Below, one piece after another: positions 40,201 to 52,017 of a stretch of DNA of 64,000 nt. Position 1 is the stretch's first letter; the number at the start of each line of letters is the position of its first letter. A program made the position numbers and the translations under genes. The notes beneath the pieces were generated by a model. The model was not told where the DNA came from, made no database searches, and worked only from the letters and a program-made list of their open reading frames with translations. Source of the DNA: Adineta vaga (Eukaryota; Animalia; Rotifera); the NCBI GenBank assembly GCA_021613535.1, contig CP075495.1, positions 2,976,001-3,040,000 on the forward strand, given 5' to 3'.

Positions 40201-43200
40201 ATGTTCATTAGAATCATGATGGGGAGAATCTGATCGAGTGAGATTCTTCGGATGTGGAATAGAATTTGTATTTGGTACTTTTCGATCACGAACGGAATGT
40301 TGACCATCATTTTTTAAATAAACATTTGGATCTGATATTTGACCTACAAAAATGTTTTCAATAGTTAGATTTTATTATCTTCTACGATTTTCTTCTGATA
40401 TCTTACCAATGACTAGTTCATGAATAATTTCTATTCGATCTTTCACATCGGATCGTAAGAATTGAAATTCAAATGTTTGTTCTAATGTTGGATCATCAAG
40501 TATTTCATCATCGGTAATTTTTCGTAGAATTAAATTTGTTTGATCATATGTAAATAAATTTGGATTAATTCGATCAAATCGATAACGTCCATCTTCTAAT
40601 AAAACATGAAGTTTATCATTCATCTCTTTAATAACACATGGAATTCGATCAAGACAATAAAGTCCATTGAGTAATTCATATTCAGAACGCCATATTAATT
40701 CTTCATTAAGAAAGCGACGAAATTTTTTTCTAGCTTGACTTTGACGATAAAGATCAGGTAAAATATTGAATAATTTATCAATTGCCTATTAAAATCAAAA
40801 ATAAACATATCCTTGATTTTTAAATCTCTCCGTGACATTCTCCTATTTTTCTTATTGTTCTCTCTACCCACTTCGATAATGCAGGCTTAACAAAAAGAAA
40901 TTCATGACAAGTACTCCCCCCTCTTCGTGTTCTTTTTTTCTTATTAAACATAAATACTCGAAACAACTATAACTTGATAATTCTTTTCAAATCATGAAGA
41001 TAATTTCTTATTTCTTAACAATTATTATTCTGAAGATAACATTGATTGAATCAATTAATAATACAAATATTGGTATTCATATTCAAATATTTGATAATAT
41101 AGCTGAAATTCTTCAACCAATATCACCATTTGATTTACCAATTAGTTATTCTCAAGAAGAATGGAACGATATTCGAACAGATTCATTTCGATTAATTGGT
41201 GAATATATTCATATTCAAGCGCAAATTCTTTCGTATAATCGAACATCTTCAAATGGACAAAATATTCTTATTCAACGTCATCTACAAAATGATACTTATA
41301 CATCAGCTATTATGATCGATGAAACACGATATTTAATACATGATCTTATTGATAATACATATTATATTATCAGTCCTGACCGAATAAGATATTTATCCAT
41401 TCCATCTACACGTAAATATTTGGTTGATTTTGTATTTGATACAAATCATGAAGAACAACTTTATCTGCGATATTTACAAAATAATATTAAATGGAAAGTA
41501 CAGTATGATCTTTTATTAGAAATAAATGATACTGATTCGGTTTTACAAGCATATGCAGATATAAGAAATGATGGAAATTCATTATTGATGATCGATTCTG
41601 CGGAATTAATTGCCGGTGATGTCAAAATTCGATCATCTTCATCTTATTTCAGTTCGTCTTATGATACATATGCTGCATCTGATACTAGCGCAGGTGCCTT
41701 TGGTCAAGCAGTAATGTCAGTAACAACTCCGGCACCTGTAATGATTTCTCAAGGTGAAGAATTAGCTGGTGTTTATATCTTTACTATAAATGACACATTT
41801 ATTCTTGATCCTCATTCGAATTATATACTTCCAATGTTTCGTCCAACAATTGATGTTGAACGTTATGGTTCAATTGATAAATATTTTCGTTCGGCAGATA
41901 ATCGTGGTAATGCTCAACGCGCATATCGTCTTCGTGTACCAGATATCTATCTTCCGAAAGGACGTGTTTTTGTTCGTGAATCCAATCGATTAGTTGGCGA
42001 AACTACATGGGCAGATTATTCAGCAAATGAAACCAATGAATTTAATCTAGGTGAAGATCCTGATTTACAATTTCAAGAAACTATTCAATTAGTTTCACGT
42101 CGACAAGCATATGAAGCTAATGGTTATCGTTTTATATTATCAACTTATACAATGAATTTACGTTTAATTAATAATAAGAATCGTTCGATGAATTTCGAAT
42201 ATCGCTTAAGATTTTCTTCACAAGATAATTTAACATTGAAAGAAAATACGAATGAAAATCTATTACAAGTCGATGGGTCAGCAATTTTTGGTATCTTTCA
42301 ATTAAATTCCAATGATGAACAAGAATTGAAATTTACTTTTGAAACACAGTAAAAACTATTGACTATATATTTATCGATACGTTACTTTTTTGTTTTTGAT
42401 AAATCTTATTGTCAATAAAACTGTCATCGATTCGAAATGATTAAGATTTATATAAGGATTAATACTCCATGAATTAATAATACTTACGGGTTTTTGACGT
42501 TGTTCGAGTTCTTTACGAATTGTATCAGGCGTTTTTGTTGGTATAAGATAATGATATTTCGTAGGTTTAGCACGAAGAATTTTCTTTGTTAGAGCAGTTT
42601 GTTTTTTCTTTCCATTTAATTGTTGTTGTTGTTTATTCTTTTGTTCAGGACTAAATTCTGTTACTGCCGCCGCTAAATATTTCGAATATTTATAGAAAAG
42701 ATTTTTTTTCAAAGAAAACTATATCTCTTACCATATCTATTTTCATTACTACCCAATATAGCAATAATATCTTCACCTTTGGTAATAATCATTCGCCATG
42801 GACCAAGAAGAAGTTCATTTCGTTTGGAAATAAATGTTTGATTATCATCATACCAATTAAGTGTTTCATCATTCGATGATTCAAGTAAAGATTTTGTTAA
42901 AACTTGAGCAAGATATTCCATATATACTGGACGTTTTCGAAATTTTTGAACTAAAACAAAAATAGTCTATGAATGAAATGTATCGTTTGTTGATCGAATA
43001 GAAACTGACTTTCTTTATAACTATGTTGAACTGATGTTGTATTAATAAAACTGTAAACAGTTGTTGTTTCTTCATTTCCATTGAGTGCTGCTTGCATATT
43101 TCGTTCTTTAGTTACAAATCGTTCTAAGGCTTTAAGTTCTTCATTATGAATTGATGCATAATACGATTTAGGCATGATTTGTTCAGCAGCTTCATCGGAT

Positions 43201-46200
43201 AAGATAGTGTGTCCTTGTGTACCTGATGCTGATGTTTGATTGGCTCGATTCACATCATTCATTTGTGTACTTATCATTGTTGAAAGAATTTTCTTTCCGA
43301 TTTGATTGATTACATTTGACATTTTAGTTTCATTATTTTCTTGTAAATATTCACTGAGATAGGATGTCATACAAGCAACCATATGGTAGAGATTTTCTTG
43401 TGTTAATCGTGATCTTTGTTTGGTTATTTGTTGAGATATTTCTTCAAGTACAGCAAGAGATTTATCAAAGATATGATTGAGAGAGGAATAGAAGATTTTA
43501 TGAAAGATTAATGGTGTTAATAAACCATACAGATAAATAATTGATTGCAATGTATATTGTGAATCATTGAGCCAACAAGAAAGTTCTAAGGCAATTAAAA
43601 TTTGACTACAAGCATGTATACGATTGATCTAAAGAAAATGATTTGAACAAAAAATATGAAAAATGAGAGAAAAATTGATACCTGATTGGTACGATTCGAT
43701 GATGTTGGTGTTATCATATCACAATAATAATGATTTTCTTTGATAAGTATTTCCAAATTAATGAAAATTGAATTGATAAATTTTTGTAATAAAGATATCG
43801 AACTTTCAGCTACACATGAATATCGTAGTCTAAAATAGATAATAAATGTGTATGAAAACGTTTATTAACTCTTTTTCTTGTATAATTACTCGTAAAGAAC
43901 TAATGGATTTTCTGTAATCAATTCTCGTATTGAACTATCGATCTTTGCTGGTGTTCGAACAAAATATGTCCAAATTGAATGGAATGCTTTTTTAGCAACT
44001 GCATATTGTTTGATCTCATAGGATACCTAAAGAGAAATATTTTCATTGATTTAAATAAATGGCAAAACTCTAAAAACAAACTTGTGATAGAAGACATCGA
44101 ATAAATAATAATGATATTGGATTTGCTGCTAAAATTGGTTCAGTTGATTCACTAACACTTTCACCAATCAATTGTCCTTGTGCATCATAAATAGCTAATG
44201 AAAAGACGTATTTCAGATCAGGATCAAGACCAGAAATTTTCACGGATTTAATGAAACTAGCTGGAATCTAGAATGAAAACATAGATAGGAATTATTTGAG
44301 AAAAGAATAAACTAACCTGTTGACCACTGCCTGGATAATTTGTATCAGCCATGCGAGCTTTTGCATTTGGACGATCTGCTGCTCGACAAAAGATTCGATA
44401 AGTAGCGACCTACAATTAAATTTTCAACAATAAAAAGAAAGGAAATGTAAATAAATTTTACTTTGCTAGATAGAGAACCAAATTCTGGTGCTATCACATA
44501 GACAAAATTCGGTGCTCGAGCAACAACACAGGGTCGTGGAACGATTTCATTTGAGAGTTTTTCTGATTTTTGATTTTGTTGATGCCAAAAATATAAACGA
44601 TCTTCTTCTTCCGCAGCTAACAAATGTTTATAAGCTTTCTAAAAATGAACTCTATATTACAAACATTGATTCATTTCAATCCTTACCTGCATATATTCAG
44701 CTGCAAGATTGGTATCATGTCGTGTACTTGCATAGGCTGCACATAATAATGCTTTCTTATGTGAATTACCTCGTGCATCAGTAAGATATTGATCAATTGG
44801 ACCTTTTTTTATTGTTTCTAAAAGAAAGTTTCTCGATGAACTTTTATATATTGACAAATCAAGTTCTTACTAGCGTCAGATGTTTGCTCAAGAAGTGCAG
44901 CAATACGACAATAGATAAAATGTAATTCGGCATCAAGATCTTTGATAAAATTATCCATTAATTTACTAGTTTGACCTTTTTCCATATGAAAAGGTTGTGT
45001 GGCAAAAAATCGAATTTGATTAAATGAATCAGTTTCATCGTTATCATCATCATTCGAATTTGCTGACTAAATTACATAGGAAAAGTTTCCATAGAATTCT
45101 AATCAAACAAAAATATATCTGTACCCAATTTCGATCGAACAATGATGAACCATCTGATCGAATAAGATTCGATCGTGCTTGAGCTAGTACATTCAATGAT
45201 CGTGCAAGAAATTGTTCAGCAAAGAAGATTAAAGGAAAATGACGGGATAAAACTAAAGAATTATTTTCAAGTGATGAATGAGGATCAGCACTATGTGATT
45301 GTTGTTTTCGCGATTTTTCATCTTTTATTGTTGAATTTTCCTGTGATGTCTGTTGTCGTTTGAATTCATCTGTATAAGTTTGTAAGACTGATTTTGCACA
45401 ATGAGTGGTAATCGATTCACGTAATTGATCTAAACGTTGTTTATAACAATTTGTGCGAGTTGCTCCTGAAATAATGATGTTATAATGATGGTTTAAAGAA
45501 AATAAATCAATATTTTACCTTCAATATATGAACTTGGTTGAATTAAAGCGAATAATATTTGACCAAGACGAAGTGAACATTCAGCATAAGCACTTGCATC
45601 TACCACTGCAAAATTAAAACGAGACATTATTTCATGAGTTTGAAAACATAAATGAATCCACTAGAAATAAATATCAATGAATAGGTTTTTAGTAGGATCA
45701 ATATTTTACTCTAATATGATCGTGATCAAGTCGTGTTAACCAACGATGATTATCATTTGGTTCATTATAGAATCGTCGTAAAACAGGTCGACATTTGTTC
45801 CAAAGTAACAAACTAATATCAATGAGAACATCTGGTTCAATTTTTTCATGCTAAAATCAAACAAATGAACGGTATTAAAAGTTATAAACATCGTTTGAAA
45901 TACTTACAATTTGTGGATCCATTAAGACCAAAAAACAGAGATCTTCTAATAATTCTTCTACAGAACGTTCTTGATTGATTGTTTCACTTGTTTTCACTTG
46001 AACATTTGTATTCGATTCAACACGTTTTCCTTTAGCACTATCAATTAAATCTTTTACAGCTTTTGGTGTTTTCATTTTTTCTTTAGCACGTTCAGGACTT
46101 TTCTTTCGTGATCCTTCTTTACTTTTTGGTGGACTTTTACCACGTGGTTTTTTCGTTTCAGTTTCTTTCGCACCTTTGACAGCTCGTGCATTCTTTACAT

Positions 46201-48188
46201 TCTGTGCTGCTTTACGATCTTTTTCACATTGTTCAATTTCATAAAGTATTTGTAATAAAGCAAGAACAGACGTTTGACTACCACCTGCTCGATCTACTAA
46301 TTCACTTATTGGTTCCATCATCGATTCAAATACATCATGAACTTGATAATTAAATGCTAATTTAACTAACTGTAAAACATATGATAATGGTACAACATAA
46401 CGTCCTAAAGAAAAACAATAAGAACAAAGTAAGATCTATATAGAAATGAAAGACTTATTTTCTACTGACCATTAATCGCTAAATCAAGTAAATTAACGTC
46501 TTCTTTTAATGTAACATTTGGATAGATACTATTTTCATTAGCTCCTGGAATTTGATCAACATTTGCATGTTTAACTACAAAGAAAAATAGTGCGAAATCA
46601 ACAACTGATTTGTCTCTTTACCTTGTAAAATATATTGAGCTGCATAGAATAATTCTATGGTAACATCAAGTAATTCTACTTCATGTTCATTTGCTGGACC
46701 ACTTAGAACTAATCGTCGATTACTATCAGATAATGCTTGAAGTATTGCTAAAAACTGTGCACAACGACAATCAAACATATCACTAAGTAATTTTTCTGTT
46801 AATGTTCTTGGCCATGGACCACTAATTTCTTTATTTTGACGAATTTTTGGTCGAAGAACACCTTTTGCTTTTCGACGACTTTCAAAAACTGTACGTTTAA
46901 ATATCATCGTAGCAACTTTAATTGTAGCATAACGAAATGAGTTTTCAACTTGACATTTATCACCTTCAATACTAAGTGCTTGTAATTCATGAAGATTTTT
47001 AAATTGTTCCAATGCACGACGAGCAAAATTCTAAACAAATATATTAACAACTATGTAAGTTTAAATAAACTCGACATACTTCACCAGCAATTGCTTTCTA
47101 AAATAAAGATACAAATATAGATACATGTATCAATCGATTAAATTATCCTACTTCGCCATCTGCTGGTGTTCGACTATCGTAAAATGCTTCACATGCGGCA
47201 CAATACAGTGTCGATCGCCATGGTAAATATACAATGGATAACAATGGCAAACACATTTCCGTGCTAACAGCAGCCCAAACAAGATATTCGACAACCTGTA
47301 AAAAGATTAAGAACAAAAAAAAGACTTTTAAAATTCAGAACAAAGATTCATTTGAAAACCTGTAGAGAATAACCCAATGTCATTAAATAACGACTCATTT
47401 TATATAGATAAATTGTTCCATTATAAATAAGCCATGACCATCGATCATCTTTCAATGCTAGATTCATCAGTAATCGAGTAAATGATAATGCAATTAAACA
47501 TCGATCAAGTGTTTCATCAAGTTGTACTTTCACATCTTGTTCTATCGATAAATAAAATAAACAAAGTGCACAACCCATTAAAGCTTGAAACTACAGAAAA
47601 TAGAGCAGATTTATTTCGAATAGAAAGAATAAACAACATACGGATATATCAGCCGTAGCATCAGATAATCCATGTGGAAAAAATCGTTCTTCAATTTGAT
47701 CGGTTGTTTGAAAATCTTGCATATGAAACGTTCCAAATTCATTTAAATATCGTTGATAACATTGAAATAATGCCAAACTATATTTCTATTAAAATGTAAA
47801 AAAAGAAACGTTCAATATATGTTTTGTTTTCGTTGCATTTAAATTCTTACTTCATGTGCAACAAGAAATTCTCCAAGATGCATTAGTTTCTCACAATATA
47901 ATCGTACTGATACTCTTGATTGAAATGTCCCCCATAATTGAAATAGTGTCTCCGATCTAGAAACTATATTTGTAATTATTTCGTAGAAATAAATTTTTCA
48001 ACATACAATCGACCATCGATCATTTGATTAGATTTTGGTTGTTTTGCCACATAATTTTTAAAGTCCGAAATTTGATTTTCAAAACTTTGCAAAACAGGAT
48101 TTTTACTATCATCAATATATGAATAATAAGCAGCTGTATTTGTTTTAATTGAACGTTCAACAGCTTTTGTTCTCAAATTTGCTGCCAT
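34228..48188 (-). CDS. CFAP54: Cilia- and flagella-associated protein 54 (very large, many exons)
   Basis: KNPVLQSFENQI, WLIYNGTIYLY, YLPWRSTLY, MIFKRTVFESRRKAKGVLRPK, WPRTLTEKLL, ISGLDPDLKYVFSLA; continuous exon chain over about 14 kb. Confidence 0.88.
37777..37800. repeat. (TA)n microsatellite in a CFAP54 intron
   Basis: Interrupted ta run visible in the sequence. Confidence 0.8.
40994..42352 (+). CDS. Secreted DUF4139-like protein, intronless, nested antisense inside a CFAP54 intron
   Basis: 452-aa ORF with signal peptide; LRYLQNNIKWKVQYDL, LQAYADIRNDG...AELIAGDV, LPKGRVFVRE...LVGE...FNLGEDPD resemble DUF4139; host intron is 40786-42385. Confidence 0.8.
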   Translation: MKIISYFLTIIILKITLIESINNTNIGIHIQIFDNIAEILQPISPFDLPISYSQEEWNDIRTDSFRLIGEYIHIQAQILSYNRTSSNGQNILIQRHLQNDTYTSAIMIDETRYLIHDLIDNTYYIISPDRIRYLSIPSTRKYLVDFVFDTNHEEQLYLRYLQNNIKWKVQYDLLLEINDTDSVLQAYADIRNDGNSLLMIDSAELIAGDVKIRSSSSYFSSSYDTYAASDTSAGAFGQAVMSVTTPAPVMISQGEELAGVYIFTINDTFILDPHSNYILPMFRPTIDVERYGSIDKYFRSADNRGNAQRAYRLRVPDIYLPKGRVFVRESNRLVGETTWADYSANETNEFNLGEDPDLQFQETIQLVSRRQAYEANGYRFILSTYTMNLRLINNKNRSMNFEYRLRFSSQDNLTLKENTNENLLQVDGSAIFGIFQLNSNDEQELKFTFETQ

Positions 48189-48368
48189 TCTTTTTCGAAT
48201 TGAAAAGTGTATGAAAAAATTGTGAATATGAAGCCATTTGACATTACTGAAACTAAGAACAGACCTCTTATTCATCACAATAAGACAAACATTATTCGCT
48301 AGATGTCGTATAGTCTTTGTTTAACTATTATATTTATATTATTAAACTATGAGCCGATCTGATTTTCT

Positions 48369-48382
48369 TTTACCACGACAAC
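48369..48382. promoter_or_regulatory. RFX X-box-like element in the CFAP54/FAM227 bidirectional promoter
   Basis: TTTACCACGACAAC resembles GTTRCCATGGYAAC; lies in the 218-bp gap between two head-to-head genes. Confidence 0.35.
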
Positions 48383-48406
48383 AATTTATTTTCTTTTAAC
48401 TGTTCG

Positions 48407-50764
48407 ATGGTTGACATTGCTCGTGTTTTTTCCCCTGTAGTCGTCTTAGAAAGTAGTGAAGCCCGACCGAAATCATCGGATCGAATTCGTAGTGCTTCCA
48501 CTAAACGTCGATTATCAAGTGCTGAAACACGTCGAACACCTCGTGTATCATCTGCTGTTTCAACTATTGAAATTAATAATCAAATACAGGGAAGATATTT
48601 TACCAATGCCATTACTAATGAGAATGATTTCGAACGTGAACTTAAGGAAGAATTAAAAACTCGTAAATAAACGATTTTTCAATCTCTTCTTTTGTTATTC
48701 ACAGATAATCTACATGTATATACTTTTTCTAGCTTTAACTGGAATTAATTTACGTGGATTAATTAATGAGAAGATTTCTAAACTTGATCGAGCATTGAGA
48801 GAAGTTGGTGCAACATCCGATGCTAATCAAAAGAAAGCATCATTGACTTCACAAAAGCTTCGAGAGAATGCTATTCGAAATGGTTAGATTCTTTTTGAGA
48901 AAAAAGTTCTTCCTAGTTATCTAATTTCATTTCTCAAAAAGGACAATCAAGACAGCAGGTCCAACAGTTTGTTGGACTTCTAGCAACAAAAGCAGCTTCG
49001 GAAACTTCAGCTTCTGTTACAGTGAACTTAGATGTAATGTTCTAATGTTAAGAAATCATCTGGATTTTCTTATTGTTTCCATTAGGAAGATAAAGACACT
49101 GCGTTGGAACAAGACAAATCAACATTATTAGAAATTTTTAAATATCCCGGTTTTCATGAAGATCATATTACTCCATTACCATTTCATGTTGTTCTCGAAA
49201 CCGAAGTAATGAGACATATACTTTCAAAAGAGTATACATTATCAAAACAAGTAATCAAAATAATTTTTGATATTGTAAATATGTTCAATTGACTATAGGC
49301 ACCTCATATCAAATCATTGATTCAACTCTATCATTCATCTCAAACAAAAGCATTGATTTTGGTAAGTTCAATTATCACATAAACGAAATAATTATTTATC
49401 AATGAATTCAAACAGGACATATTTTGGTGGATATTTCTTGACAATTATCAAAATCAGCCCGATATTCAAAAGAAATTACTTGCTCGAGCTTCGAATAATT
49501 ATATTTCTCTTCTCATGATGAATATCGATATACGTTATCGTGATAAATGTTTTCAAGTTTGAAACTTTTCTCTTACTTTTCCACCAACAAGTTTTTGTTT
49601 TCTCTTAGGTTTATCCATCACTTTTAGCTGAAACTGTTTTTGCATGTTTTAAAGTTTGTTTTCCAATGTCAATCAAACGAATGCCTGTTGATGCTGATGC
49701 AGCAAATAAAACAAAAAAAGAAAATGAAGATCGTCCATCTGAACTTCCTAATACGCTCGGTCAATCATCGAAAGAATTAGTCAATTTAGATAGTTTTAAA
49801 AATTCTATCGCCAATATTTGTCAATTATGGATAGGTGGAATTCCAGCACCACCTCGTCGTTATGAACAATGGCGATCAAAAATTGTTCAACAAGAAAAAA
49901 TCTCTTTCATAGAACCAACAACAGAATCAACAGGCCATCAATCATCTTTACACAATCACAATATGAATGAGACAAAACATGAAACTAATGAAAATGCTCC
50001 TCAAGTTTTACTTGAACGAAGAAAACATAAGGAACCTCAAGAACGTTTACGAACTTTGTACAAGACTACCAATGATCCTTTACCTGAGTAAGAAGAATGT
50101 TTTTATACGCTATTGATGATTGAATGATGTCTGTATTCTAGTCGACGTGTACTTTTTGAAGATTATCGATTTAATATAAATGGATATTCACCATTAACCG
50201 AAAAATATCTTCGTTCAAGGCATATGTTAAAAAAAGCTGGTACACAATTTTTTATATCACATCCACAAATAAGTCAAGTTCCAACTATCGAAGTAGAAAC
50301 TTATGAAAAAGAAATCCAACGAACAGCACAATTCTGTCGTATTGTACGAGCACAAAAACATAAGTTAGTTTGATAATTTAAATGACATGTATTATTTTCT
50401 AACGAGACATTTTGAATATAGAGAACGAGCGGAAGAAGACAATCATCGAAAATTGATTAGAAAACATGTCGAAAAATTAAGAACACAAGATGAATTGAAA
50501 AAACAACAAAAACAAGCTTCTATTTATCGTCGAAAAATGATGGTAGGAAATTGAAGTTTTCTAAATTATTCAATATAAAGTGCACTTGAGTTTAATAGAA
50601 GTATCCATATCCTCATTCGAGTGTTTATTTTGCATCTAGCATAACGCAGAAGTTTATAGAATGAAAAAGAAACAAACTACTTGACTATTTCGATTTCTAT
50701 TTAGAACTTTCTCAACGATGACGTGGAAATCTTGTCTCAAAGTTCTGTCAAATCTTATGAATAA
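48407..50764 (+). CDS. FAM227: FAM227-family (FWWh domain) protein (multi-exon)
   Basis: DIFWWIFLDNYQ...LLARASNNYISLLM...RDKCFQVYPSLLAETVFACFKVCFP and FNINGYSPL motifs. Confidence 0.8.
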
Positions 50765-51191
50765 ATTCTGTTCAATTTTTCCTTCATAATTTATATTTTT
50801 CTTATTGAAATAAAGTTCTTCGAATTTTCATAAATTAGTATGTTCTTTAACTCACTTCATTCTCGAATTGAATGACTGATGAAATTCTTGCATTTGTAAT
50901 CAAGAAAATGGAAAAAGTTATACGATAATGTATGTCTTACACTGATTATTCCAGTCCAGTATCTTTTCAAACAAAAAGCCGTAAATTAACAAATTAAACA
51001 TACTTACACTTAATTTCAATGGGATATACTTAAATTATAATCAACAATTTATATTCTTTTTTCGAAGACAAAACACAGTCAGTTAATTTCCTCATGTTAT
51101 TTATTATGATAAAATCGTTTTTATAGTTGCACTTCGAATAAAATTTCTAGTTTAATCGAGTAATAATGATACAGGAAAATACTTTTGCTTT

Positions 51192-51673
51192 TTAATTCGA
51201 CGCTTCGATCAATTGTTGATTCACTTGCGCTAGTTTTGGACTGTCAATATATGATTCACAAGTATAACAATAAAATGAATGATCTGATAGACTTAAACAA
51301 ATACTATGTCCCGTATTTTGATGATGTACTAACATATGTTTTTGTTGATAACGTGAACAACCAACCTATATAGAAGAATTTCGTTAAAACTATTTCTTTT
51401 ATTTTTCGATCATTTACTTGTGAACAATTTTCTTGTAAACAAATCCAATTCTCTCGTATTGCACCACAATCAGTACATGGTGGTTGATGACCATCAACTT
51501 TATTAGCTGATTGTGGTAATGTATAAGTACGATCAGCTAAATGAGGACAATTTGTTTTTGGTACTACGGCAAATGGCTATAAGATAGAAAATGATTTCAT
51601 GCAAAATGTTTTACTCTTCAAGACTTACACCAATTAAATGTGGTTCATCGAATTGATTTGATGTTGTTGTCAT
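51192..51673 (-). CDS. Stand-alone HDAC6-type ZnF-UBP (ubiquitin-binding) protein, 3 exons, about 125 aa
   Basis: Absent from the ORF track; spliced translation PFAVVPKTNCPHL...PCTDCGAIRENWICLQENCSQVGCSRYQQKHMLVHHQNTGHSICLSLSDHSFYCYTCESYI. Confidence 0.88.
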
Positions 51674-52017
51674 GTTAATTTACTTCGACTTTATATCTTC
51701 AATAATGAAAAAGAAAATAGTATACTTAACATGTTTTATCTTATATACATAGATTTCTCATTTTATTGATGAAAGAACCGGGAAAAAACCAAGTATGATT
51801 TGTGTAATTTCTTTTTTTTCCTTTCTTTTTTTATTCATAACAGAAGCAAATACAGAAAAATAATCAACCATATTTGAAAGAAGCATGCATATGTTTTTTC
51901 CTAAACAAAAGAAAAAAGCTGATTCATAAACTATTAGCACATATATATCTTTTTTTTGGATAGTCAAGTCATACGAATAAGATATCTTCTTTCGGGAAAT
52001 AACACAAATAACTAAAG

